Numbered from the stretch's first letter, positions 18,580-28,494 are shown. The stretch: DNA of 64,000 nt from Methanobacteriota archaeon (GCA_002706065.1 PAJM01000020.1:16033-80032); one strand, 5' to 3'. Notes: a model not told the origin generated them from the letters alone. Numbers and translations: made by a program.

Positions 18580-20904
18580 ATGAGAAAAGCACTTGCTCTT
18601 GTCCTCACTAGCCTTTTGATTGCAACAACCCTCCCAACAAGTGTTGCTGCAGATGAACCAGAACCTATTGCTTGGGGTATCGAATACGATTATTCAAACT
18701 TGAACACCGACATCGCTTCGATGATTGGAATTGACTTGCAAGAAGTCTTCCAAGAGGTTATGGCTGCTGGAGATGACTCGGGACTAGATCTTCTCATTGG
18801 AAGCGTAACCAGTGGTTCAACTACCATCGTCTTCGAACAATACGATGGCCCACTGACCACGTTGGATGTCGACGGGACACCAACCGATTTCTCAACCAAG
18901 ATGACAGAACTCACTGTACGTCACGGTCTGTTGGACGATTTTGCTGTCCACTCCGAATGGAGTGATTCATACGGTGGAATCGATCTCACAATTGGCTACG
19001 ATGCTGAGCAACTGTTCAATGCTGATGTCCTTTACACAGAGTACTTCGACTCCGCAATGGGTCTTCATGGAATGGATATGGAAATGGAAATTGAAGCAAT
19101 GATTGAGTACAATGTGGGTGTCACTGGAGAGATTTCTGGCGACGGAGAAACACTGCCATTCGATATTGATTTGACACTCGGCACCTCGTTTGACATCAAC
19201 AACGGACTGCTTGAGGTCCGCATGGATGAAGCATCGTCTATGTACAACGAGATGGCAGACCTCCAACCTGGAGAAAGCCTGCTCTGGTCTTGTGGAGATG
19301 ACCATGACGACCACGATGACCACGGCGACCATGATGACGACGGCAACCATGATGACCATGGCGACCATGATGACCATGATGACCACCATGGAGAGGTTGA
19401 ACTTACGGACCAATGTTCAGAGAGAAACATCCATTACGAAACAGAGACCTCTGTCTTGTTTGAATTAACAGGTATCCCAACAGAAGAGCTCGGTCTTCCT
19501 GCAGGCGACTTCGACTTCACAATTTCTGATACCGTCACCGACATGTACGATGGTGACGTCGAACTTTTCTTCATGGGAGGTGCGATGGAACTGCTCGATG
19601 AACCAACGCAGATGATCACCATCAATGATGGAAGCACCATCGAAGTTCACCAAGCGTATGCATCTCCGACTCCAATCGCCTTCCCTGCTATGTGGGCCAT
19701 GATGTGGGCCAACTCAGTCGTAGGTAGTGGTGATTACCCAGGTATTGTAGACGCTCTTCTCAGTGACGAAAACTTTGAGGAGATTTTTGGTGGTTTGACA
19801 GATGATTTTGGAGAGGATGATGAAGAAGACTACTTCATCTGTGCAAACCTCAATGAAATTCCATACGAGTATGTCGAGGACGGTTACGATGACTGTGGTG
19901 ACAACTCCGATGAAGAGTTCGTTTGCGATGATGGAGATATCATCCCCGGCGGCTGGGTAAATGATGGATGGGAGGATTGCACAAACGGTGAAGATGAAAC
20001 CAGTGATCAAGCAGAATCTGTTTATGTCTATGTTTACATGAACGGTGCAAGTGAATCAGAAATGAACTTTGATTACGAAGTGCAGGGCATGGAATACGAT
20101 GAGAATTACGAGATTTCTTGGACAGTCACCGATGATGAAGGAACCACATCCGATGCAGGTTCCACTGCCGTTACAGATGGATCGTACAGTTCTTACGACA
20201 GTGCTAACGCAGAAATCAATGGGTTTGGCGAGTACTGTGTCGACATCGAGGTCACCCGTTTGAGTGACAGTGAGGTTGTTGGCAACCAACAAGAGTGCGA
20301 CTCGGTTTCACAAGATATGGAGCCGAGTGAGCGACTCGTGACCATTGTCGAAGCACTTGCAGAATCGACATTGGATAACACCATGGAATCCTTTGGACAA
20401 AACCTCGAAAACCGTTTGTCCAACTTTGAGGATGATTATGACGTTGCATACGAGGATGGTATGGTGTACGCATTGTATGATGATTCTACCAACCGATTTG
20501 TTGGTTTCCAGTTGGTTGCTTCCCCCGGTGGCACACAGTGGTACACGCTTATTGGACCAGATAGCTCTGCTTACGGTACACCTTCGCGAGGTCTCTCTGT
20601 GACCTACTTCACTGGTATTGACGCAGTCGAGGAAGCCCAAGAAATCGAGGACCAAACCGATTTGACCGACCTCGTCGATGTAACGCAACACAACACCGAA
20701 GATGTTGAAGCAGTCAACGAAGGTATTGATCCTGCTACGCTCCCCGATCAGCCGATCAGTGAAGGAAACGACGAAGAGGCATCTGAAGAGACCTCCGAGG
20801 AAGATCTATCCAGCTTGCTTCCGTTCCTATCACCAGTAACCACTCTGGCCATGATTGCACTTGCAGGAATGTTTGTATCAATCCGTTCTAAGGACGAAGA
20901 ATGA
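18580..20904 (+). CDS. acidic secreted protein with (Asp/His)n tract and two 2-Cys LDL-receptor-A-like Ca-binding modules; C-terminal TM
   Basis: Start moved to 'MRKALALVLTSLLIATTLPTSVAADE' (signal peptide). HD tract 'DDHDDHDDHGDHDDDGNHDDHGDHDDHDDHH'. Modules 'FICANLNEIPYEYVEDGYDDCGDNSDE' and 'FVCDDGDIIPGGWVNDGWEDCTNGEDE' lie at nt ~19834-19995. C-terminal 'LPFLSPVTTLAMIALAGMFVSIRSK'. Confidence 0.7.
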   Translation: MRKALALVLTSLLIATTLPTSVAADEPEPIAWGIEYDYSNLNTDIASMIGIDLQEVFQEVMAAGDDSGLDLLIGSVTSGSTTIVFEQYDGPLTTLDVDGTPTDFSTKMTELTVRHGLLDDFAVHSEWSDSYGGIDLTIGYDAEQLFNADVLYTEYFDSAMGLHGMDMEMEIEAMIEYNVGVTGEISGDGETLPFDIDLTLGTSFDINNGLLEVRMDEASSMYNEMADLQPGESLLWSCGDDHDDHDDHGDHDDDGNHDDHGDHDDHDDHHGEVELTDQCSERNIHYETETSVLFELTGIPTEELGLPAGDFDFTISDTVTDMYDGDVELFFMGGAMELLDEPTQMITINDGSTIEVHQAYASPTPIAFPAMWAMMWANSVVGSGDYPGIVDALLSDENFEEIFGGLTDDFGEDDEEDYFICANLNEIPYEYVEDGYDDCGDNSDEEFVCDDGDIIPGGWVNDGWEDCTNGEDETSDQAESVYVYVYMNGASESEMNFDYEVQGMEYDENYEISWTVTDDEGTTSDAGSTAVTDGSYSSYDSANAEINGFGEYCVDIEVTRLSDSEVVGNQQECDSVSQDMEPSERLVTIVEALAESTLDNTMESFGQNLENRLSNFEDDYDVAYEDGMVYALYDDSTNRFVGFQLVASPGGTQWYTLIGPDSSAYGTPSRGLSVTYFTGIDAVEEAQEIEDQTDLTDLVDVTQHNTEDVEAVNEGIDPATLPDQPISEGNDEEASEETSEEDLSSLLPFLSPVTTLAMIALAGMFVSIRSKDEE
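19297..19389 (+). repeat. coding GAY/CAY low-complexity tract (31 codons of Asp/His/Gly)
   Basis: gatgaccatgacgaccacgatgaccacggcgaccatgatgac... read directly from the sequence; it is in frame within the 18580 CDS. Confidence 0.85.
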
Positions 20905-21839
20905 GCGACGACATAGGGTCACGACCGATCGCTCGCTGGCGCATTATCGCCTCGCTTGCCCTTGTTGCTCAGATTGCAATCTTGATTGCATTCAAGGCAG
21001 CACTTGAGGAAGGAAGCTGGTTTGTTGGATCGATATCTACTACGGTAGACGAAGGCCCGCTGATGCTTGAGGGAGTTGCTGCAAACGTTTCCATTGATAT
21101 GAAAAACGAACAGGATGATGTGCGTGTCGAATTCTTTGGATATCTCCGACTCACTCATTGGCAAGACGAGCGGGACGAACGTGCTACTCTTTCTGTAGAG
21201 GAAGCTGGGGATTACGAGGAGAACTTGGATGAGACGTTTTCAAGTCCAACGCCAAGTACAGTCAAATCAACAACGATGACGCTCCTTCATATCGGAATCG
21301 GATTTTCGTTCCTCCTCATTATATTGATTGGAATTGATTTGAAAAACCAATCGAGCAGTAGCCTTCTGACAACGTCCAGGCGATGCGTTTCACTCGCTTC
21401 AGTACTGAACACATTGGCGGTTCTCCTTCTGATTCTTCTTATCTTACCCGCATCTTGGTTCGGAACGGTTGTAGGTAATCCTCAGGACTTCTCAAATGGT
21501 CAGGAGAACGAGGCTTTCCTTGCTCATGCCCAATTTTCAGAAGAAACAAGCATTGGACTTGATGGCTTTGTCCTTGAATTTGAAGTGAGCGGATACGATA
21601 TTGGTATGATCCGTCCTGCAAATCGAAGTGCGGTTGAGGCTGAACCTCCTCTACCTGGGAGTCCAGATGCTGATTCGTTCATTTCAATGCGTGGTGACAT
21701 GAGGACTGAGACCCCAGAATACATCTCTGAATTTGTATTCTACTGGATCTTCCTTTGGGTCATTCTTCCGTTCGCACTGTTGATTCAGCAACGCGTTGCC
21801 ATCGATTCGCGTCTTCGTCCATTACACGTGCATGAATGA
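20901..21839 (+). CDS. polytopic (about 4 TM) membrane protein, translationally coupled to the HD-tract protein
   Basis: 312 aa with an ATGA start/stop overlap with the upstream gene. Hydrophobic segments: 'WRIIASLALVAQIAILIAF', 'LLHIGIGFSFLLIILIGI', 'LASVLNTLAVLLLILLILPASWF' and 'FVFYWIFLWVILPFALLI'. No recognisable family. Confidence 0.55.
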   Translation: MSDDIGSRPIARWRIIASLALVAQIAILIAFKAALEEGSWFVGSISTTVDEGPLMLEGVAANVSIDMKNEQDDVRVEFFGYLRLTHWQDERDERATLSVEEAGDYEENLDETFSSPTPSTVKSTTMTLLHIGIGFSFLLIILIGIDLKNQSSSSLLTTSRRCVSLASVLNTLAVLLLILLILPASWFGTVVGNPQDFSNGQENEAFLAHAQFSEETSIGLDGFVLEFEVSGYDIGMIRPANRSAVEAEPPLPGSPDADSFISMRGDMRTETPEYISEFVFYWIFLWVILPFALLIQQRVAIDSRLRPLHVHE

Positions 21840-22628
21840 TTATTGCTCAGGTAATGTTCCATTCAGACTGTCAGGATTGTCTTCAAGTGGACCCCAAACT
21901 GTCTTGGTTCGTGCAAGGCCGAAGCGTTTTGCATAGAGGAATCGTAGGTTTTTCCACCCATCTCCCCACGTGTGGATTTCTGCATCCCCAACACGTTCGC
22001 GATAGGGGACAGAGATTTCGATTGCTTTCTTCCTGCCAAGGTGCTTCCTTGCTAAAATTTTGATTTCCTCTGAGAGTGGCATTCCGTCGTTGGTTGGGCG
22101 CATCTTCGGGTTCTCAAAAATGGATTTCCTGAACACCCACATGCCCGACTGGGAATCTTTGATACCGTATCCAAAGAGAAGTCGAGCGTTGAACGATAGG
22201 ACCCAGTTTCCAAATCCATGGAGACCTGACATTGACCCATCTTCAGCCATGCTTAACCGATCACAGGTAATGAAGTCGAGATCATCATCCAAAAGGCGTT
22301 TTACCAGTTCAGGAACAAGTTCCGCAGGATAGGTACAGTCAGCATCCATTGTCACGATGATGTCGTTTGAGGCTACGGCAAAACCCGTACGATAAGCACG
22401 GCCGTAACCCTTGCGAGGTTCGAGGTGCACTCTGACATCTTTTTCCAACGCAATTTCTCGTGTTCGATCGGTCGATGAACCATCAACAATCATGATTTCC
22501 AGCGATTCACACCATCCACGTGGGATAGCATCGACGGTTGCTCCGAGTGCTTCCTCTTCATTCCGTGTGGGAAGAAGGACAGTAACAGAGACTGGTAAGA
22601 CTTCGTCCATGTTATGTCGAAAGGTCAT
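21840..22628 (-). CDS. GT2 glycosyltransferase, dolichyl-phosphate mannose/glucose synthase-like
   Basis: 'VSVTVLLPTRNEEEALGATVD', 'IMIVDGSSTDRTREIA', 'KGYGRAYRTGF' and 'IIVTMDADCTYP' (DxD). Confidence 0.8.
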   Translation of the reverse strand: MTFRHNMDEVLPVSVTVLLPTRNEEEALGATVDAIPRGWCESLEIMIVDGSSTDRTREIALEKDVRVHLEPRKGYGRAYRTGFAVASNDIIVTMDADCTYPAELVPELVKRLLDDDLDFITCDRLSMAEDGSMSGLHGFGNWVLSFNARLLFGYGIKDSQSGMWVFRKSIFENPKMRPTNDGMPLSEEIKILARKHLGRKKAIEISVPYRERVGDAEIHTWGDGWKNLRFLYAKRFGLARTKTVWGPLEDNPDSLNGTLPEQ

Positions 22629-22663
22629 GAGCGTTTGAATGCATTGCCTATACGGTCAAACGA

Positions 22664-23656
22664 TTATGACCATCGTGCTCGTAGGCGACGGATTGAGAGT
22701 TTGGCTGCGAGACGAATCTTTCTCCACTTGGATAGGCTTGGCCGTTTGCTGAAGACATCGCCAGAACGGCGTACAATCTCGTGGAAGATTGCATCGTATG
22801 CTTCACACATAAGTTGAGGTTGCAATCGAGACTTTGAGTCAAGGTATTCAAACAGATGCTGGGCAGATTCTTGATGTCTTCGAACGACTTCAATGTATTC
22901 TTTGACGAAGGATTTCCAACGGCGATTCGTACCAAAATCGGTGTTACCAAGTTCAGAAACTTCGATGTTGTATTCGCTTAGTACATTGACTGGAAGATAG
23001 ATTCGTCCGCTTCGATAATCTTCTGAAACATCACGCAAAATGTTGATCATTTGCAATTGAATACCCATGTCGATGGCATGAATTCTGGCTCCAGCATCTT
23101 CACAACCATAGATTTCAATCAAGACAAGACCTACAGCAGATGCAACCTTGTAACAGTAGGCTCGAACTTCGTCCCACGTCTTGTGACGAACTTCAAACAA
23201 ATCATCTTCCATGCCTTCAATGATGGTCTCAAAATCAGTGAGTCGGACTGGGAATTGCTTGAAGACCTCATTGATAGCAATGAAAATAGCTTCTCCTTGT
23301 GTTGCAGTCTCGTCGCCTTGGTACAGACGGGTAAGTCGCTCTTTAGCGTCAACCAACGCCATTAATCGATACCGATGTTCTTCGATGGAATTGTTCATCG
23401 AAGTCTGATGTATGCTTTGCAGGAGGTTGTCACGCTCGTCGACGAGGTTGTTGAGGGCTTCGGTTTCTTGAACAACCGGATGGGAGTCACCATCTGCAAT
23501 GTCGTCAAGATATCGGCACAAGGCATAGACTGCGTGGACAGCTCGCCGCTTTTGGTAGGACAGTGCAGAGAAACTGGCAAAGAACGTGGATGAGGATCGT
23601 CGACAGATTTCCTCGCATTCGAGAAATGCTTCTTCTATGGAATCTGCTTTGTTCAT
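22664..23656 (-). CDS. crtB: phytoene synthase
   Basis: Squalene/phytoene synthase signatures 'YALCRYLDDIADG' and 'GIQLQMINILRDVSEDYRSGRIYLP'. Confidence 0.85.
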   Translation of the reverse strand: MNKADSIEEAFLECEEICRRSSSTFFASFSALSYQKRRAVHAVYALCRYLDDIADGDSHPVVQETEALNNLVDERDNLLQSIHQTSMNNSIEEHRYRLMALVDAKERLTRLYQGDETATQGEAIFIAINEVFKQFPVRLTDFETIIEGMEDDLFEVRHKTWDEVRAYCYKVASAVGLVLIEIYGCEDAGARIHAIDMGIQLQMINILRDVSEDYRSGRIYLPVNVLSEYNIEVSELGNTDFGTNRRWKSFVKEYIEVVRRHQESAQHLFEYLDSKSRLQPQLMCEAYDAIFHEIVRRSGDVFSKRPSLSKWRKIRLAAKLSIRRLRARWS

Positions 23657-23679
23657 AAGTATACCTCCAATTCTTTCAG

Positions 23680-24138
23680 TTATGAATGCGTGTTGTTTTC
23701 CTTGTTCATTTGCATGGTGAGGAAGTGTATGGCCAATCCGACCGGCATCAACATGACGCCGAACAAGATAGCCACTTGTACGAGTGTTTTGTTGATTTCT
23801 GTCTCAACACTACGCTTCCAAATCCATCGAGTGACGATGATATCTCCGATAACAAAATGCGTCCAAGCCAACACAGCTCCCTCTTCCGTACCGAGGACAT
23901 TCGCAAGACCAGAGACGATTCCTTGAAGTGTTCTGTCAGCCATCATATCGTTTAATGCGCCCATATTCATGGCGAGGACGACAAGGTAAGCGATCAGTGG
24001 GCCAAGGACAAACCATGGTCCATTCATCCACTTTTTTGTTCGCTCAGCGTAGGGCTGAAGCAACATCAGCATCCAGAACGGTCCAACCCATAGCGAGGCG
24101 GTCAAGAATGCTACGAGAAGCATTGTCTCGACCATCAA
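23680..24138 (-). CDS. ABA4-like (DUF4281) small membrane protein
   Basis: 152 aa, 4 TM. The N-terminus 'LLVAFLTASLWVGPFWMLMLLQPYAERTKKWM' resembles the ABA4/DUF4281 opening motif as I recall it. It sits between crtB and crtI and overlaps the upstream gene by 4 nt. Confidence 0.45.
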   Translation of the reverse strand: MMVETMLLVAFLTASLWVGPFWMLMLLQPYAERTKKWMNGPWFVLGPLIAYLVVLAMNMGALNDMMADRTLQGIVSGLANVLGTEEGAVLAWTHFVIGDIIVTRWIWKRSVETEINKTLVQVAILFGVMLMPVGLAIHFLTMQMNKENNTHS

Positions 24139-24698
24139 ATCACCGTTTTGTAGGCGTTTTCGATTTCTTCTATCGAGTTTTCAGTTGGATAATAGGTGGT
24201 ACTCTCCCATCGTATTAGACCGTCTTGATCGATGAGAAACAGCTCAGGCGTTCCAGGTAGACCATAGTATTCGAAGATCGACTGGCTAAGATTGGTTTGA
24301 TCTTCAATCCGCTGAATCGAATCGTCTTCGGTTGGAAGAGCAATTGGCCATGGCGTGTAGTGGTTGCTTTCAGGTGAACCGAATTCTTCAGCAACGTCTT
24401 CTTTGGTTTCAAATCGTAGGTATCGTTCAACAGAAACGATCTGCAAGGGCGGATCCTGTGCCATCCAGTCCTCATGATGTTCTCGCAAGTCATCGGTCCA
24501 ATCTTTACATCCAATACAACCTACTCCGATGAAAAGTACCAGCACGGGTCCTTCGCTTAGGTTGTCTTTCATTGAGTACATTGGACCGGCGTCTTCGCTT
24601 CTATCGAGTGTTTCCACAGCAAAAACGCGACCGTCTTCAGCGGTCGGCTCTAGACATCCCGAAAGCATCAGGATGAGGACGAGAGCGACGAAACGCAC
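24135..24698 (-). CDS. TlpA/redoxin-like thioredoxin-fold lipoprotein
   Basis: Lipobox-like 'LILMLSGC', CxxC in 'VLVLFIGVGCIGCKDW', and 'GTPELFLIDQDGLIR' typical of TlpA/ResA-type redoxins. Confidence 0.6.
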   Translation of the reverse strand: MRFVALVLILMLSGCLEPTAEDGRVFAVETLDRSEDAGPMYSMKDNLSEGPVLVLFIGVGCIGCKDWTDDLREHHEDWMAQDPPLQIVSVERYLRFETKEDVAEEFGSPESNHYTPWPIALPTEDDSIQRIEDQTNLSQSIFEYYGLPGTPELFLIDQDGLIRWESTTYYPTENSIEEIENAYKTVI

Positions 24699-24707
24699 GT
24701 TGTTCCC

Positions 24708-26315
24708 TCAAGCGTTGGTTGGTGTGCCGGTTTCTTTTGCTGCCGTCACTCTTCGCTGAGCTTGTCGTCCACGAGGTGAACGTCGAATTCCTTCAAACCA
24801 GGTATCGACACCATTCCAATCAGGATCAATTCCAAGGTCATCAAGCACCAGTTTGCTGCTGATACGGGCGCTTTCAAAGATGGTAGGTAGGCCACTTCCA
24901 GGATGGGTTCCGCCTCCAACAATGTAGAGGTTGTTGGCTTCTTCAAACCGGTTGTGAGGGCGTCGCCATAGCATTTGTTTGAGATCGTGTGTGAGATTGA
25001 AGACAGCGCCACGATAGATGTCTGATGCACCCCAGTCATCTGGTGTAATGACGGTCTCTGAAACGATGTGGTCGCCGATATCATCGTAGCCAAGTTTTGC
25101 GAGTTGCTTGACGACAATTTCTCTGAAATCTCCTTTAATGTCATCCCAAACGATGCTTTCGTGTTGGTTTGGTACTGGGACGAGCACGTACACGGTTGAA
25201 TGTCCTTCAGGAGCGAGTGAGTCGTCAGTGATTGAAGCATTCTGGACGTAAACGGATGGATCCTCCCATGTCAAACGATGGTTTGTGATGTCCTTGAGGT
25301 TGTTTTCGTATTCTGAGGATGCGTAAATTTGGTGATGCGGCAAATCATATTGTTTGTCAACACCAAGATACAGCATGAAGGTCGAACAGGAATAGCCCTT
25401 CTTTTGCAATTTCTTGTCGGACCATTTCTTTCGCTTCTCGTTGGGAACGAGGGTCGTCATTGCGTGGGCAAAGTCAGCGTTGACAACCACCCTGTCAGCC
25501 ATCATTTCGCCATCATCGATACGGACACCTGTGACGGTTTTTCCTTCGTAGATGAGGGACTTAACAGGGGTGCTGAGTCGGATATCGACACCCATCTCTT
25601 CGGCAATCTCTCCCATTCGAGCCGTGATACTCCCCAAGCCACCTTTGGCGTGGAAGATTCCATGCTCGTATTCAAGGAAGGCGAGAATGGTGAACAGCGA
25701 TGGTGCGTGGAATGGACTCATTCCCAGATACTTCGTTTGGAATGACATAGCGAGTCTGATGCGTTCATCGTCGAAGTGTCTGCCAAGATCGCCAGCGACG
25801 CTGGCCCAAGGCTTGAGCACGGATGCCACTCGCAAGGCACGCTTGGAGAAAATGTCCAGTGGACTTCTCCACGGAGTTTGCAGGCATTTTTTGCTGAGAT
25901 CCAATTTCCTACGGTTTTGCTTCACGTAGTTTTTGAATCCGTCAGCATTCTTATCGCCAGCAAGTTCTCGGATTCGTTCTGTCATTTCTTCGAGATTACT
26001 TGTGGCATCGATGTGGCCACCAGCGCCAAAGACGAGACGATACATGGGGTCCAATGGCATCAATCCAAGTTCCTTGTGTGCGTCGCGACCTATGGCTTGA
26101 AAAATTTCTTCGATGACTTCAGGGTAATGGAAGAAGGTTGGTCCACGATCAAAGGTGTAACCGTCTTTCGTGAACAGCCTTGTGCGTCCACCGACAGCAT
26201 CGGCCTTCTCGAGTACAGTGACTTTTACCCCGGAGTGGGCGAGCAAAAGTGCAGAGGCAAGACCGCCAGGTCCTGAGCCAACGATGATGGCGGTTGGTGC
26301 GTTGTGGTTAGTCAT
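24708..26315 (-). CDS. crtI: phytoene desaturase
   Basis: FAD fold 'AIIVGSGPGGLASALLLAHSGVKVTVLEKADAVGGR'. C-terminal bacterial-type desaturase signature 'LYIVGGGTHPGSGLPTIFESARI'. Confidence 0.85.
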   Translation of the reverse strand: MTNHNAPTAIIVGSGPGGLASALLLAHSGVKVTVLEKADAVGGRTRLFTKDGYTFDRGPTFFHYPEVIEEIFQAIGRDAHKELGLMPLDPMYRLVFGAGGHIDATSNLEEMTERIRELAGDKNADGFKNYVKQNRRKLDLSKKCLQTPWRSPLDIFSKRALRVASVLKPWASVAGDLGRHFDDERIRLAMSFQTKYLGMSPFHAPSLFTILAFLEYEHGIFHAKGGLGSITARMGEIAEEMGVDIRLSTPVKSLIYEGKTVTGVRIDDGEMMADRVVVNADFAHAMTTLVPNEKRKKWSDKKLQKKGYSCSTFMLYLGVDKQYDLPHHQIYASSEYENNLKDITNHRLTWEDPSVYVQNASITDDSLAPEGHSTVYVLVPVPNQHESIVWDDIKGDFREIVVKQLAKLGYDDIGDHIVSETVITPDDWGASDIYRGAVFNLTHDLKQMLWRRPHNRFEEANNLYIVGGGTHPGSGLPTIFESARISSKLVLDDLGIDPDWNGVDTWFEGIRRSPRGRQAQRRVTAAKETGTPTNA

Positions 26316-26360
26316 AATTTGACCAACGAGATACGGCTTATAAAGCGACGTTTTGTTCCA

Positions 26361-27650
26361 CTAGTCAGTAGGCTTCAAATTCCCTTCCCAGAAGGCTGCC
26401 GTCGATGCTTTTTGTGAACCAGAATCTCCCGAGTAAGGCAGCTCCACGATCGATGCAAACTCATCAAGGTACGGACCCATTGACGAGATGAGGTCAACAT
26501 CAGGATGTCCTCGTAAAACCATACCATCCATGTACATCAATGACCTGATGATTGGGAAGGCCTCTTCACCGAATCGGCATCCGGCAAGAACCGCGATTCT
26601 GACCGTTTTCATCATCTGCTGGGTGAGGCTGACTTCGCTCACAGATTTACCAACAAAGCCGTCGTATATTTCATGCATTTCACGCATGTAGCGTGCCTTT
26701 GCTTCCCCAGTTGGAGGTGTATCAGCCATCGTAAGCATGGCTTCGAATGCCTCCTCAAGTTTCCCTTTTGCGAGGTAGTAGAAGAATCCAAACAGTGCTG
26801 ATCGAACGCTTTCGGGAGCATGAGAAATTGCTCCTGTGTCAATGAAGGTGAACATTCCATCATCATCGACCATTGCGTTGCCTGGATGAAGATCGCCATG
26901 GAAGGTTCCTATACCGAACATGTAGGCTCCATGAATGCGGAAGAGTTGCAACAAATCATCCCATGAGAGGTTGTTGTCCGACAGGCGTGATTCAAGCGTC
27001 GGTGCTTTGATGTGCTCCATAACTAGGACGTGACGGTTGGATAACTCCGGCCACACCTTGGGGAATCTCAACAAAGGCATCGGAAATTGATGCTCGACTT
27101 CTTTGGCTTTGGCTTGAAGCAGTTCAGCACCTTGGATTTCATTTCGAAGATCGAGTTCTCTCAATGTGTAATCTTCGACGTGTTGGAGCAAGCCGACAGG
27201 ATTTCCAACTTTCCGCAATCGAGGATTCAAGAAAAGACCGATTCGAAGCCATCGGCGCATTCGAGTAACGTCTTTCCTGAATGATTTTTCAAAGTCCGCC
27301 TTGATGAGTTTGACAACGACTTCGCTTCCGTCTTTGAGCACGCCTCGATGGACTTGGCCAATGCTCGCTGCTGCAAAGGGTTCTTCTTCAAACGACTCAA
27401 ATGCATCGAGGAATCCAGAAGGAGCTCGGTCTTGAAGTAACTTCATTGAATCTTCTCGTGGTATCGAGTTGGCCCGTTGATACAACGATTGGAGTTGATG
27501 GCATTTCTCTTCTGAAAGTAAATCAGGGCGTAAGGCGAAGATTTGAGTGAGTTTGACAGCAAGCAATCCCATGTTCTGAATTTTGTCAAGATCAGCTGGC
27601 CCATCTTTCGTAATCATACGAATAAAACGTGCAAACGTCAGAAGGCGCAT
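26361..27650 (-). CDS. ABC1/UbiB (AarF) atypical kinase family protein
   Basis: 'LGLLAVKLTQIFALRPDLL', 'AAASIGQVHRGVLKDGSEVVVKL' and 'HGDLHPGNAMV'. Confidence 0.8.
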   Translation of the reverse strand: MRLLTFARFIRMITKDGPADLDKIQNMGLLAVKLTQIFALRPDLLSEEKCHQLQSLYQRANSIPREDSMKLLQDRAPSGFLDAFESFEEEPFAAASIGQVHRGVLKDGSEVVVKLIKADFEKSFRKDVTRMRRWLRIGLFLNPRLRKVGNPVGLLQHVEDYTLRELDLRNEIQGAELLQAKAKEVEHQFPMPLLRFPKVWPELSNRHVLVMEHIKAPTLESRLSDNNLSWDDLLQLFRIHGAYMFGIGTFHGDLHPGNAMVDDDGMFTFIDTGAISHAPESVRSALFGFFYYLAKGKLEEAFEAMLTMADTPPTGEAKARYMREMHEIYDGFVGKSVSEVSLTQQMMKTVRIAVLAGCRFGEEAFPIIRSLMYMDGMVLRGHPDVDLISSMGPYLDEFASIVELPYSGDSGSQKASTAAFWEGNLKPTD

Positions 27651-27675
27651 AGTTAGAAAATCCCCCTTTCATTTA

Positions 27676-28494
27676 TCAATCGGCGTTTTTCTTCAAGAGT
27701 GCTTTGACTGGGTTAGCAAACAAAGCTGGGGTTGTTGAAACCCATTCTTGGAAACCCTCGCGTTCCTGCAAATCAACCTCTGACATCTTGACACCGCTAA
27801 CGTAGCGCAGCAGCAGGGTGAGAATGAACGGTCCGATGAGAACTGGAAGCGCTGCAGTGCCTCCAATCACGACAGCAAAACCACCAATTGACCACCACAA
27901 GATTGCCTCTCCCAAGTGGTTTGGGTGACGAGTGACTGAAAACATACCATCCGTTTTGAGGTGTCCAGGGCCGTGTTTAGCACGATATTTTTTCAATTCC
28001 ATGTCGGCTTTGTGTTCGAGGAGTAGACCAATAGTAAAGCCGATTAGACAAATGACAGAGAGGAGAATCGATGTCACATTCCATTCAATTGTCTCAGATT
28101 CTTCGGGAATCAGCGCAAAGATTGGAAGTGCAACGATGAGAAGAAGGGCGCCTTGAAGAACGAACACTTGGAGGAAACTGATCCACCACCAGTTGTCACC
28201 TGCACTTTCACGCATACGCACGTATCGGGGGTCTTCGCCACGGTTCTTGGTTCGCTGATGCAGTACAATACCGAGTCTGAGTCCCCATATGCTGACACAG
28301 GCAAGACAGAACAAAGCCGCAAGGTTGTATGAATCGGCGAGTAGGAATCGAGTCCATGATATGAAAACGAACCCCATCCCCCACAAAACATCCATGACAG
28401 TAACGTTGCCGGAAGAGACTGTTTTGAGCCAAGCAATCGTAACGTAACTGAAGACGACGAGTATTGTTATTGTGTTCAGACTGAGGTCCATCAT
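27676..28494 (-). CDS. DUF1295 / steroid 5-alpha-reductase-like polytopic membrane protein
   Basis: 272 aa, multi-TM, with 'GMFSVTRHPNHLGEAILWWS' matching the family's 'RHPNYFGE..W' motif. It overlaps the TrmB-family gene by 4 nt. Confidence 0.7.
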   Translation of the reverse strand: MMDLSLNTITILVVFSYVTIAWLKTVSSGNVTVMDVLWGMGFVFISWTRFLLADSYNLAALFCLACVSIWGLRLGIVLHQRTKNRGEDPRYVRMRESAGDNWWWISFLQVFVLQGALLLIVALPIFALIPEESETIEWNVTSILLSVICLIGFTIGLLLEHKADMELKKYRAKHGPGHLKTDGMFSVTRHPNHLGEAILWWSIGGFAVVIGGTAALPVLIGPFILTLLLRYVSGVKMSEVDLQEREGFQEWVSTTPALFANPVKALLKKNAD

